Position numbers and translations under genes: made by a program
In this document: piece by piece, positions 50,870 to 63,006 of the stretch
Position numbering within the stretch: the stretch's first letter is position 1
Layout of the letters: each line of letters begins with the position of its first letter
Assembly: GCA_002633005.1 (NCBI GenBank)
Contig: NMRA01000778.1
Location: forward strand, 87,990-151,989
Reading direction: 5' to 3'
Source of the DNA: Phoronis australis
Taxonomy: Eukaryota; Animalia; Phoronida
DNA: 64,000 nucleotides
Notes under the pieces: model-generated
The model's input: only the letters and a program-made list of their open reading frames with translations
Databases searched by the model: none
Told to the model about the DNA's origin: nothing

Positions 50870-51928
50870 ATGGAGGAGGAGAAGGGCTGTGTACCAACAA
50901 TAAAACAAGAACCGGATGATGACTTGAAGAATGGAGACAGTAAGGATAGTGTAAACACTCACAGTGGAGAGAGGTGTTATATCAAACAGGAGATGACTGA
51001 AGATGCAGTGAATAGTGATGGAGCTGGGTATGCTGTGGGTGACAATTTATTCGTAACGACTTATTTCAAACTGGAGTGTGATGAAGACACTGTAAGAGGA
51101 AGTAATGGTGGGGTTAGTGAGACCAGTTCATGTGCAGGTCACACAAAAACACTCACAGGTGAGAAACAATACTCGTGTCATGTATGTGGAATATTGTACA
51201 CGGATGAGATTAAACTTGTTATGCATATTAGAACCCACAAGGGCGAGAAACGATTTAAATGTTCTTTTTGTGGAAAGGCGTTTAAACTCAGAACTGCCCT
51301 TGTTTCACACACAAGAATACACACCGGCGAGAAACCATACAAGTGTACTGTATGTGACAAGGCTTTTTCAGTGAGTAGCAGTCTTAATTTGCACACAAGA
51401 ACCCACACTGGCGAGAGACCATACACATGTACTTTATGTGGAAAGACATTTTCAAGCAACAGTGGATTTGTTTCACACAGACGATTTCACACAGGAGAGA
51501 GGCCTTACAAGTGTACTGTATGCGGGAAGTGTTTTATTGAAAACAGTAAACTTACTAAACACTCAAGAACACATACTGGTGAGAGACCGTACAAGTGCAC
51601 TGTATGCGAAAAAGCATTTTCAGAGAAAAGTGCTCTCGTTTCCCACACTCGAACTCATACTGGCAAGAGGCCATACAAGTGTCTTGTGTGTGGACAAGCG
51701 TTTTCACAGAATGGTGGACTTAGTGCGCATACTAGAACCCACACTGGCGAGAGACCATACAAATGTAGTGTGTGTGGAAAGGCATTTACAGGGAAAACTT
51801 CACTCGATTCACACACAAGAATACACACTGGCGAAAGACCGTACATGTGTAGTATATGTGGAAAGTCGTATATTGAACGTGGTGCACTTTCCAAGCACTC
51901 AAGAAAACATACTAGTGAGAGACCATAA
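50870..51928 (+). CDS. C2H2 zinc-finger protein ZNF-4, 352 aa, 9 fingers; near-identical to ZNF-3 (allele or very recent duplicate)
   Basis: Intact ORF; unit ~47992-50196 is repeated at 50198-~52357 across a single N. Confidence 0.85.
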   Translation: MEEEKGCVPTIKQEPDDDLKNGDSKDSVNTHSGERCYIKQEMTEDAVNSDGAGYAVGDNLFVTTYFKLECDEDTVRGSNGGVSETSSCAGHTKTLTGEKQYSCHVCGILYTDEIKLVMHIRTHKGEKRFKCSFCGKAFKLRTALVSHTRIHTGEKPYKCTVCDKAFSVSSSLNLHTRTHTGERPYTCTLCGKTFSSNSGFVSHRRFHTGERPYKCTVCGKCFIENSKLTKHSRTHTGERPYKCTVCEKAFSEKSALVSHTRTHTGKRPYKCLVCGQAFSQNGGLSAHTRTHTGERPYKCSVCGKAFTGKTSLDSHTRIHTGERPYMCSICGKSYIERGALSKHSRKHTSERP

Positions 51929-52114
51929 CTATGTGCTGCTGATGGATGTGTCTCAAAGGTGACAAAAGTCTTATTAATAACACTAAACTGAGCGATGGTG
52001 AGAAGACATTCATGTGTTCTATGCATGTCAAGTGTTTCATATTTGGTAGACTGCACATTGGTGAAAAATCATAAATGTGTAATGTTTGTGCAAAATATTT
52101 AAGTCAAAGACATG

Positions 52115-52366
52115 GGACCCGTTCCAACAAAACTGACTTAGCTAAGACAAATCCTAAATTATATAGTAAATTTTAAAATAAAAGTTAAATTTATTTCAAA
52201 ATCAATTCAAGAAAGAGATCTTAAGTTGATTTATAATAAGTGTTTGACAAGTTTTGTCTTAATTTTGACTAACTCACCGAATGTGGAGGTTTCGAAATTT
52301 GGAAGTTAAGACAAATCTCAAACTTAAGTCAAAAATGAACTTAAGTCAGTTTCTTGTTACAGGCCC
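52115..52366. mobile_element. PIF/Harbinger-like MITE with 3-bp target-site duplication; N-truncated copy at 49955-50196
   Basis: ATG|ggacccgttccaacaaaactgactta ... taagtcagtttcttgttacaggccc|ATG; the paralogous site after ZNF-2 (about 40430-40450) is empty. Confidence 0.8.
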
Positions 52367-53845
52367 ATGGTCTGCTTAGGCACACAAACATGTTCTGGTT
52401 GTTAGTGAGGATCCTTGCAGTCTAGATAAAGTTTCTTAGTAAGATTAATCGACACAAAAGTTTGCACAATCAAGAGGCTATCCTAGACTTTTTGTGGCTT
52501 TGGAAATTGTTTTAATGCCATCAATTTGATAATGTCAAGTCAAAACAATTTTTGATCGGATGTGAATGAAATGGTGTGCGTATTGGATCGGTAATTTGCA
52601 ATTTCGCTGGTTCAATCTCATACTCACAGCATGCTTTAACCACCCACGTGATTTCTATTGCCAATTCCATACTTGGTTTGTGATATTATTCTCCTGTGTG
52701 TATACAGTTGGCCTACTTGCTGCTGGCTCGGCCTTCTAACCTGTTTGACATAGGTACACTGTGTATGAAACCCCACGTACAAAGTTAAAGCATTTAGTGA
52801 TAATTAAGTTACTTATGCTTTGCAAATTCAGTTGACATCATGAATAATGTTGGTGTAGGGAACATAGTGAAGGCATATAAAGGTTACCTTGTCTGAAAAC
52901 AAGTTTTCACTGAATAATCAACCCAAGACTATAAGACATTCACCACTCACTACTTAATCGGCTTTTTCTTGGTTGGGCAAATCGACTTAATTTTAACTTA
53001 GGAACAGGAGTTCTCAAAAACAGGCTTGGTGGATTTTGCTGAAGCTTCATACTTAATATTGATTCATCGATCTCAGGATTTCTGATGTAAAGACCTAGTT
53101 TTTGCCGATTTAACAAAGAGGAACAGGACTGCTATTTTTGCAAAAATATCTTATGTTTTGTCAGTTGAATAGAAACCAAACTAAGAAAATAAACGAAAAT
53201 TCCTAACAACGTTTTTGAGGTAACGGTGAAGTTTTCATTTAAAAAAGGTTTCATCAAAATGGCATTATTTTGCTATGTGTGTACCTTTTCTTTAAAATGA
53301 AATTTTGACCTTATAAGGTGTTTATGTAATAACAATAATGGCACATAAATATAAAATATATCTTTATAATTCCTGATCTTTTTTCTTTCAGAAATACACA
53401 CTTTTATTAGTTGACAAAGCCTGGTTTTTGATATAGGAGTTAGAATGGAGGTACTAAATAAGGTTTAAAGCCTTTTGCATTACAAAATCCATGACTAAAA
53501 TTGGAGATGGTTTCAGGGTTAAAAAAGAATTGACAGTTACTTATTGGTTGAGACAGGTCCTACAATTGGGCTAAAGCTTGTCACGTGTGTCACTTTGAGC
53601 CAATCATCATGGTATCATGGATTAACGAACGACCAGTTCTTCAGTTTTAACCCAGGAATTATTTTTTACCTGAGTATAAGAACAAGTTGTGCCCAATTAT
53701 ATAGGGGGTGAGTGGCCCGAATCAATAACCTGAAAACACTTGTTATCCTCCTTTGTCACTGGAAAACACCAGTTTGAGTCCCATGTGAATTTAAATTTTC
53801 AGATGTGTTGTGGACTATGACATGTGATGCGTAATCGATAATATT

Positions 53846-54068
53846 CAGAGGCGGATCTACAAGGGGTTTAACCCTTCCCCTCGGAACAGGATCAAAAATA
53901 AAAATTGAAAAAAATTTCGCCAGAAAAACGAAATCAGCCACTAAAAACCACAAAAAAATCTTACACGGAAGGGGGAAGACCCCCTCCCGACCTTCTTTGC
54001 GCTCGGCGCTACGCGCCTCTTGCTTAAATCCTAAGCCCCCCCTTACTGAAAACGTAGATCTGCCACTG
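53846..54068. mobile_element. Short GGCGGATC-type MITE
   Basis: cagaggcggatctac ... gtagatctgccactg. Confidence 0.75.
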
Positions 54069-54365
54069 ATTTACATCGAGTGCGTTATAATGCACTCATC
54101 GGCCTTAGGAAGCACAATCAGCCACTTCAGTCTGTGATAAACCAATTTTCAAATCAACCAATAGAATGATGTTGAAATTTAATACATTTCTGTAGTTGAA
54201 GGAGAATTCCACCCGATTTACATGTAATTAGTCATTTTTACCGCCCTAATCGGTTTTCATCCACATCGCTTCTTATACGGTCGACCTCACCTTGCCGAGA
54301 GGTGTCGCGTTAACCTGAGAGGAAGGTGAGAAACGACGTAGTGACGTCAGTGGTTCGTCTGCAGA

Positions 54366-54690
54366 GTGAATTCTGCTATATTGCGGTGCATCGTTCCCGC
54401 TTGTCCGCACTATGAAGCTGCGAAGAAAGCGGGTATTTCGTTTTTTCGACTTCCTCGAGAGTCCGAAATGGTTAGGAAGTGGCTCGCGGTAGTGAAAAAT
54501 GAATGGTACGCTGTTAATAGCAAGTATGAGGCCGTGAAACATCTCTGTGTCTGTGGCCGGCATTTCGTCGACAGTGATTTCTCTGACGATTTCCTTCTCA
54601 CCAAAGAACTATCCATACGTTCCGTTGCCTGTGCATGCTCACGTCGCCTCTCTAGTATTTCTTGATCGGGTGTATTCCGGTTGGAACTCA
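54366..54690 (+). pseudogene. THAP zinc-finger domain relic (DNA-transposon derived or a degenerate THAP gene)
   Basis: CIVPAC...SFFRLP...KWL...LCVCGRHFVDSDF fits the C2CH THAP signature; no ATG; an AVP-like GCIP appears only in a shifted frame near 54668-54680. Confidence 0.7.
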
Positions 54691-54984
54691 TAACCTGTGA
54701 AACCTAACGATCCGACCCGTGAAGTCTTCGTCGTATGAGCTCTTGACTAAGTCGGGATTGGCGCCGGTCGAGTTGCCATGTAGACGTTTATTATTCTGCG
54801 TTCTGTTTCAAAATGAATTATTCTCATCGTAACCGGCAATGCTTGTATGAAACTGAGTCTAAGTCAGCTGTCTCATTAGATACAATGAGTAATGCCTTAG
54901 AGTGCTCGTGAGTGCAAATGTTTTAAGTTGCCAGCAATGAATAAACCACTGCGTTACCGGCTTTTGATGCCGGCAGCAAAGCTA

Positions 54985-57731
54985 ATTGACCGGGCACCGA
55001 GGCCGTGTGAGCGCATGCTAATTCAGTGTTTGCTGACAGAAAGCTATTGTGAAACAATTACTCCATTTTACATGCTATGGTCACATGTTAGAGGAATCTT
55101 TATTTAGAAATACAAAATATCAAATCATTGTTACTGTACAACCTTTGCCCTGACGGTCTGTGAAAGGGGAACCCGACTTCGCGGCTCCCGACAAGTAGAT
55201 TTTCAGTTTCGTGGCTAATTCACATGCATAAATAATTACGTGCACGTTATTTCTTTGGCCCACTATTAAAGTCTTTTCGTGACTGGAGATTTGGTTTTGA
55301 ACTCAAGTTGGTTTACGTTCGTGCCAGTCCCGGCGGCCGCGACGGGCCTGATCGTGCTCCGAGCCACTGGCCGGGATAACGAGCGTTTTGTGTGTTTAGA
55401 ACTCAAAAAATCACAAGTATAAACAACACAGAAATCTAGGTTCTCCTGTCTGTATTTCACGGAAGAATACTTCGAATTTATCTCCGAACAGACTACAATC
55501 TCCTGCTACGGACCTTGGTAAATTGGCCTGCCAAACTTTGTAGGCTATAGTGTGTCCAAGTGCCAGTAAATCCGTAACAGCGAAATAAAACAACACGTTT
55601 TTATAAGAACTCGGTGTATTTTTAAGGGTTTTACATCGAAGTTTGATGATTTATTGGTGTTAAATGATGAATTCAAGCGATAAGCTGACACCACGTGCCC
55701 GTGCTGTGAACTGCTGAACAGACTGCGTGTGAAACCAATTACGTCATTGGATAATTTCAACACCTAAGTCTACCGTCAGATGTAAGGTAACGCAACCGAA
55801 CCTGTCGTTATCGAGTAGAATTACTCGATCTAAATTGATATAAAATAGGTTGTTTTTTGGTGACATTCTCCTTTAAGTTAAGTGATTCAGAGACCAACCT
55901 CCAGCCGGTGTATCAGGGAAACCAAGTGCTACACTTGGTAGGCAGCTGTTCGAAGAAAGCAAAGCCACCAGGCGGCGTTCCCCGTGAGCTGCTCTTTTCA
56001 CAAAGATTTTTCCCAATTAAAGGCGAAGGCAACCTTTTTCCATGTCATTTTGAGCTAAAATAAGGTTGGTTGGTTATCCTAGACCTATTTTTCACTTAAT
56101 TACAGCTTTTCGTAATTTTATTAATTACTCGTCCGCTTTTCCGGAAGTGACGTTTTAGGAGGCAAGCGCTTCCCGCCACTTGGTTTTGCGTTGAGCTTAC
56201 TGTGCGAAACGGTTCTATTCTACTTTTGTTTTGCGCTATTTTTCACCAATTGTCGCCACTACTTTCCATCGGCGAGTATTCTGCGGCAAGATAGGTTAGT
56301 AGAGAACTCAACTGCGTTGGATTTAGGGATTGTTTAGTGTGTTGTAAGCTGAAAATGGCTGGAGTCGGTGACCCGTATCACAGTGACAGTANTGAGGCTC
56401 GTGGTCCGTTACAAATTCAGGCTGTCGGATCTTTCAATTGATAAATTGGAGACGTTAGAACTGTAGGTAAGGGCATTTTTCGCATGTAGTTCATGGGCTG
56501 GGCGCTTACTTTAGCAAAGTCTGAAAACGCGTTGGGGCACTTGTTGAGCCATGGGCGCTAATTAGGGCGAATAGCGGCAGAATTACATACAGCAGCGTAG
56601 TTTAATGCACACAAATTACACGTCGTGCAAACCAGTCGGTCATCCCGTTTACCATCAACAATCCCAGTAGCCTTTGCGCACCCTAATTTCCGGACATGCG
56701 CAATCGTTAAATCGATTGGGTTGCAACTCCGCTATTGACCGGGCACCGAGGCCGTGTGAGCGCATGCCAATTCAGTGTTTGCTGACAGAAAGGTATTGTG
56801 AAACAATTACTCCATTTTATATGCTATGGTCACATGTTAAAGGAATCTTTATTTAGAAATACAAAATATCAAATCATTGTTGCTGTACAACCTTTGCCCT
56901 GACGGTCTGTGATAAGGGAACCCGACTTCGCGGCCCCCGACAAGTAGATTTTCATTTTCGTGGCTAATTCACATGCATAGATAATTACGTGCACGTTATT
57001 TCTTTGGCCCACTATTATAGTCTTTTCGTGACTGGAGGTTTAGTTTTCAACTCAAGTTGGTTTACGTTCGTCCCAGTCCCGGCGGCCGCGACGGGCCTGA
57101 TCGTGCTCCGAGCCACTGGCCGGGATAACGAGCGTTTTGTGTGTTTAGAACTCTAAAAAAGTATAAACAACACAGATCTAGGTTCTCCTGTCTGTATTTC
57201 ACGGAAGAATACTTCGAATTTATCTCCGAACAGACTCCAATCTCCTGCTACGGACCTTGGTAAATTGGCCTGCCAAACTTTGTAGGCCAAGTGCCAGTAA
57301 ATCCGTAACAGCGAAATAAAACAACACGTTTTTATAAGAACTCGGTGTATTTTTAAGGGATTTATTGGTCTTAAATGATGAATTCAAGCGATAAGCTGAC
57401 ACCACTTGCCCGTGCTGTGAACTGCTGAACAGACTGCGTGTGAAACCAATTACGTCATTGGATAATTTCAACACCTCCGTCTGCCGTCAGATGTAAGGTA
57501 ACGCAACCGAACCTGTCGTTATCGAGTAGAATTACTCGATCTAAATTGATACAAAATAGGTTGTTTTTTGATGACATTCTCCTTTAAGTTAAGTGATTCA
57601 GAGACCAACCACCAGCCGGTGTATCAGGGAAACCAAGTGCTACACTTGGTAGACAGCTGTTCGAAGAAAGCAAAGCCACCAGGCGGCGTTCCCCGTGAGC
57701 TGCTCTTTTCACAAAGATTTTTCCCAATTAA
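54985..57731. repeat. About 1-kb direct duplication, 54985-56020 and 56734-57731, with a single N at 56392 between the copies
   Basis: Highly similar with small indels; both copies end at cccaaTTAA. Confidence 0.92.
56021..56391. mobile_element. Kolobok-like element terminus inserted at TTAA, cut by N
   Basis: TTAA|AGGCGAAGGCAACC; absent from the duplicate site at 57728-57731; same terminus at 32798. Confidence 0.7.
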
Positions 57732-59039
57732 GCCATAAGCGGATTCTAATATATCGAATCTGTGTTTGTCATGTCCAGCATTTTTTTCACAAACACTAAG
57801 CAAAATTTGAGCGAGTATGTACTAGTCGTGAACCGACAATAGTATCGTGCGTTTATTGATTCTGTCTTTCATCAAGAAGCGCTGCCAAATTATTCGAATA
57901 GGTACAATACAAGAGTATAGGCGTATGGCATATAGTGTAACTTAAAACTAAAATCAATGCACAACATGTGGTATGCTTTCCGATCGCAGATCACATGTAT
58001 AATCATGTCGATACGTCTGTGAAACAAAGGCTGAAATTAAAAAATAATAAAACTATACACAACAGTCCATTCAAAGTTTGCTATGAAACACTAACCCGCA
58101 CTTTTGCGAGAATAAGATTTTCAATAGTGAAGCAAGGTGTAGTTAATTCAAATCTCTGATGCATATTATGTTTTTGTTATACGGAATCGCGCACATTAAG
58201 GAAAGCATACATCGCACTACGAACTCCGATGGAATTCCTGATCCGTGTGTATACATGTAGGCGCGCATGTTTTAAGCATACTAAACTTGGTTTTTTCCTT
58301 TTAACAAACACTGAAAATGGCTTTCCCATTCAGTTCTCTGAAACAAACCAATGCCCTGTAACTCTCGACAACCCTCAAAAGTTTGGAGGAAAATTTGGAA
58401 ACTCCTTCTCGAAGTCTACTTAACGAGCAAGCGTGGTTTACGCTTTTAGCAAATTTCACCGCAGCTGTAGGAATAGACCAGCGACCAAGGACCATAGGAA
58501 GTACGAGTTTTTAATTGACCCCTGCGTTAAAGTTCCAAGATTTACGCCAGTGATGCATTAAGACGAGACAAAACGAGGATTGGTGGAAAACATCAAACAG
58601 GTGTTAGTATCCTTTCAAAGTTCTTGTTTGACGGTATGAAAATGTCATCGATTTAGGGCTCTTTCCTGTTATAGTAGGCCTACTGAGACATGGTGTGACG
58701 GATGGATGGTGGCTGCAAAAGACTTCGAGGAAATGTATTACAAGGCCCTGTTCTGGATCCTTCAGCGTCAACACAATAAATCTGTCTTGTGATCGAAAAA
58801 TAGTGTTGCGACCATCCCGCAATGAAAGCTTTTTTCAAGGATAAGGAATCAAAAAATATATCTCCTTGATGAAAACAATCGGTTTGTCCATGCCTCTAGA
58901 GTCCACCACTGTGTGACGCCTACGGAAATCAGGAAATCGATTTTTACGTTCAGCACACCTTTAATTAATTGTGCTCGATGAGCAGCAACATCAAATTACA
59001 TGGGGATCAAACGTGAAACACCCCGACTTCTGCCTTACA

Positions 59040-60071
59040 ATGAGGATAAGAAGGAATCGTTGCTGTTTACTTATCTTACCTATTTTAATAATCATTTACG
59101 TCTGTTTTATGTATTTTGAACGAGGAGAAATCATCGTTGCCTCTAAGAAAGCGCATGATGTTCTGTCCGGTACATGTACCTCTCTCTTGCTAGGAGAATA
59201 CCAGACATACGCGCATGTGCAGCAAGAGGTTGCGAGTAGATTTTTACCAAAATGGCAACTGGCTCTAAAAGCCCAAAAGAAGGAGAAGATAGCCGCAGGT
59301 AGTAGGAAGTACAACTTGACACATATTCTGCAGGTTCGGATTTACGAGACCGATCTGGCGGCGTGGAGTTTGAGTGAGCTTAAGCAATGGATTCACTATA
59401 TGTTATGGTCAGGAGTAGAACACTTCTATATTGGAGACCATTTTAAATACGAGCACGAAATGCTTGACAAAAAGTTGCAACGCTATATCGACGCCGGATT
59501 GGTGACGTACCTCCCGTGGAACTGGACGTCCAATGCGATGCATGCTCAGACTAGTTTATATTCTCACGTCATAAAGTTGTTTGGTAATCAGTCACGATGG
59601 CAGATATCTCTAGATATGGACGAATATCCGTTTTATCCGAATGACACAAAGGAAGGATTTCTGGTCAGGTATTTGGACCGACTTCCGGCTAACGTGGGCG
59701 CCATTTTGCTTCCCAACTTCCTCATGTTCGGTGAGGGGGACCGTAGCAAAAACATGTTAATAGAAAGGATCACCCGCAGAACACACTTTCCAGCGAACAA
59801 CTTGGTGAAGCCCGGTGTCTTTCGTCCACAGGATGTTGCTGGGAAATTTATTCATACAATTCCGTTAAAACAGAAAGTATGTGTTCCTAAGACAGACATT
59901 TTAATGCTTCATTACTGGGGAACAAGGATCGAACGACTAGGCCAGAAAAACAATTTCTGGAATAAGACAATAAACTATACGGCAATGCGCGACTCCATGT
60001 CAGAAATTATTCGGAATTCGCTACTGTCTTTCGGGGAAAGACACGCTTTTAACAGTTCCTCTGGCCCGTGA
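59040..60071 (+). CDS. Intronless type II membrane glycosyltransferase, GT92/DUF23 (Glyco_transf_92 / GT2_4-like), 343 aa
   Basis: Basic N-tail plus TM helix (MRIRRNRCCLLILPILIIIYVCFMYF); LKQWIHYMLWSGVEHFYIGD, GLVTYLPW, WQISLDMDEY (DxD) and a C-terminal LHYW; first ATG is at 59040. Confidence 0.85.
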   Translation: MRIRRNRCCLLILPILIIIYVCFMYFERGEIIVASKKAHDVLSGTCTSLLLGEYQTYAHVQQEVASRFLPKWQLALKAQKKEKIAAGSRKYNLTHILQVRIYETDLAAWSLSELKQWIHYMLWSGVEHFYIGDHFKYEHEMLDKKLQRYIDAGLVTYLPWNWTSNAMHAQTSLYSHVIKLFGNQSRWQISLDMDEYPFYPNDTKEGFLVRYLDRLPANVGAILLPNFLMFGEGDRSKNMLIERITRRTHFPANNLVKPGVFRPQDVAGKFIHTIPLKQKVCVPKTDILMLHYWGTRIERLGQKNNFWNKTINYTAMRDSMSEIIRNSLLSFGERHAFNSSSGP

Positions 60072-61435
60072 ACAAAGCACTCTGCAGCTAGGTCAGAATA
60101 CTTAGCAGTGGCTCCAAAACGCAGTCATTCTGTAAGGCCGATGTAAGACTCACTATTGGACACTGGTATCCCAAATTTACTCCGCCGAAAATGTCTGTTG
60201 TCAAGTGGACCCACATGCAAGAAGATAATCTTCACTGGATTTGGTTAACTCACACCTTCCCTTAATGTAAGCGACTGGAGTGAAATATTTTTACTCCCTA
60301 CTTGTGCTTTTATCTTGATTTACGTGAGTTGTGAATTTGAAAATACTCCTTCGTCGAAGCATCATATTCGGTACATAAATATAATATTTCGTAACACTGA
60401 GCTGTGGCTGAGTACTGTGAGCACTGATCGTGAAATGTTGATCACTGGAATACGTATTTGCTATTTTTTATTTGAATTTATGAACCAAAACAGCAGATAA
60501 TCATTGTTTTAATTTTTATGTTTTTTATGTGTCTTGGCTCATAACAGCCTGCCTATAGCCGATGGGCCACGGTTGTCCGGTCCGCGGTGCTCACATGCCA
60601 TAGTCTACTTTGCAAGTGTACATGTAATTAGTCTTTGGCGTTTTTAGCTGACTTAGAGGCCTGGCAAACATGCGGTGTTCACTTTTATGTTTTATTAGTA
60701 GATCTAAACTGAACAACAATATGAAATTCATAATTATCTTTACAAAGAATTACGCTTACTGTTACAATTTGATGCCCGGCGCACAAGGGATTAGTCACAC
60801 GCTGGTGTGGTGAGCATGTAGATGTTGATCGCCGTTAATGCCCTATACTGCCTGAGAAAGCCCTTAAACGGGCAACGCTGGCACAACTACACTGTCATGT
60901 ATATGTGAAAAATAAATGGTCTTAAATGGCTCTCCTTCCTGTCCATACATTTGCTGAATGAGTTCATTTCAAACATTTTTGAAAATGGAAAGAGGAAAGA
61001 AAGGTAGATAATACTACCATAAAATTTCGCTATGTATCATTTTAGGTAGAGGTTTAGAGGTTTTTTATGTCGAGTTTCTGATAATAAGTCATGAAAACCA
61101 CGTTGTAAATGAGCAGTTCATGACAGTCAGGTGTTTACTGCAAGCTGTCTCTTTTCCGTTAAGCATGGTGTGGTCGGGCTTCCTACTGTGTTTGTGTTAC
61201 ACTTAACGCTCCCTGCCTGTATGCCCTTCTACCTTCAGTGTCGTGACTGTTTATCATATTTTTATTTCGTTTCCACCGACCTTCATTTTATTAAGTGCCT
61301 GAAGTTCACACATGCTCCCGCAGGAACTCTTTTATTTGTAATGTCTGTTTGCTTTACAACAGCACAACGGAAGATTTGAAATTAGTGAGTATGAGCTAGT
61401 GTGCATCAAGCTGATTTACAGAAAGTACAATCGTG

Positions 61436-61490
61436 TTGTGTGTGCGTGTGTGTGCGTGCGTGCATGCGTGCGTGCGCGCGCGTGTGTGTA
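61436..61490. repeat. (GT)n/(GCGT)n microsatellite
   Basis: Direct reading. Confidence 0.9.
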
Positions 61491-61766
61491 CACATACATA
61501 ATTACATATATCTACATACATTCATAAAGTTTATTTCGTGGCTGAGGCAACCGACCCTAGCCTGAGCCTGAGATAGAAAATGAACGTGAGGTGGCACGAT
61601 TGAAAACCCTATGTTGGGATACTCATGACCATTGTTCCCGTCTCCTTTAATTACTCGATATATAATTTACAGAAACATCACGCTTCACTTCGGTTTTTCA
61701 TTCGCACCATGCTTATAAATTTGTCTTCACCTACAACCCTGCTTCTACTTGAAAGATGTGGACCAC

Positions 61767-63006
61767 CAGTGGCGGATCTAGGATATCACAAGGGGGGGGC
61801 AACATTTTTGTCTTTAAACATTTGCGCAAAGCACGATTGTAGATGCGCATAACACCGAATGGGGGGAGGTCGGGAGGGGGGTTGCTCCCCTCCCGCCAGG
61901 AAAATTGTTCTGTTTTTTGCTGTAAAAATCAAGTATTTTCCTTGATTTCTGAAGTATTACCCAAGAAAAAAGGCAAAGAAGAAAAAAAAACATAAAAAAC
62001 GGAGAACGTGTCAAACTTCAAGAACTGCAATAACCACAGATTTGAACTCACGACCTGGCGGACAAAGCGCGCGTGCTTTACCACTGCACCACCGTGATTT
62101 CACTCGATCACTGATTTTAAGAGACCTAGGCCTACTTGTTTATCGGTCCACAGTGTTTGCGCGCGACTCCTACTTCTTTTTGTAATNTAACACCGAATGG
62201 GGGGAGGTCGGGAGGGGGGTTGCTCCCCTCCCGCCAGGAAAATTGTTCTGTTTTTTGCTCTAAAAATCAAGTATTTTCCTTGATTTCTGAAGTATTACCC
62301 AAGAAAAAAGGCAAAGAAGAAAAAAAAAACATAAAAAACGGAGAACGTGTCAAACTTCAAGAACTGCAATAACCACAGATTTGAACTCACGACCTGGCGG
62401 ACAAAGCGCGCGTGCTTTACCACTGCACCACCGTGATTTCACTCGATCACTGATTTTAAGAGACCTAGGCCTACTTGTTTATCGGTCCACAGCGTTTGCG
62501 CGCGACTCCTACTTCTTTTTGTAATGCTTATTACACTTTTTATATTTTGTGCAATCAGTTCGTAACAAATTTGTTGTATTTAAAATATTCTTCAATTGCC
62601 CAAAAGACCAAATCCGTTTTTTTTTGTGTTGGCTTTAATGACGCGATTGCTTTGGAAATCGTCAGGTTATGGTTTGACAAAGAGAGATGAGTTTCTGAGT
62701 GATTCACTAAGGCTTCGATTAAAATTTACACCTTACCAGCTGCTTCTGCTCTTTATCGTCACTCAGATTCCATTTTCTTTAAAAAATTAAGCAAACCACG
62801 GAAACGAAGTCGTAGTGCGCAGCGCCACTGCCGGTCGTCTGGGATATCGCGGCGGGGAGAGCCTATACATGTACTTAGCCATAGTTACGTTACGATTGCG
62901 CCGTGTTCCGAATTTGAAACTCAGTGAAACTGGATTTCCCTACGCCCTTGCTATTTTATTTTTTGCGGTAGCCAAGGGGGGGGGGCCTCCCCTAAATCCG
63001 CCTATG
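61767..63006. mobile_element. Full copy of the CAGTGGCGGATCTAGG element, with an internal duplication (61850-62187 and 62188-62526) across a single N
   Basis: ACCAC|CAGTGGCGGATCTAGG ... CCTAAATCCGCCTATG|ACCAT (4 of 5 target-site match); collinear with 39328-40324. Confidence 0.9.

Noticed and set aside
61850-62526. 337-bp internal tandem duplication within the TIR element
   Set aside because: Virtually identical copies abutting a single N and absent from the other element copies; likely an assembly overlap artefact
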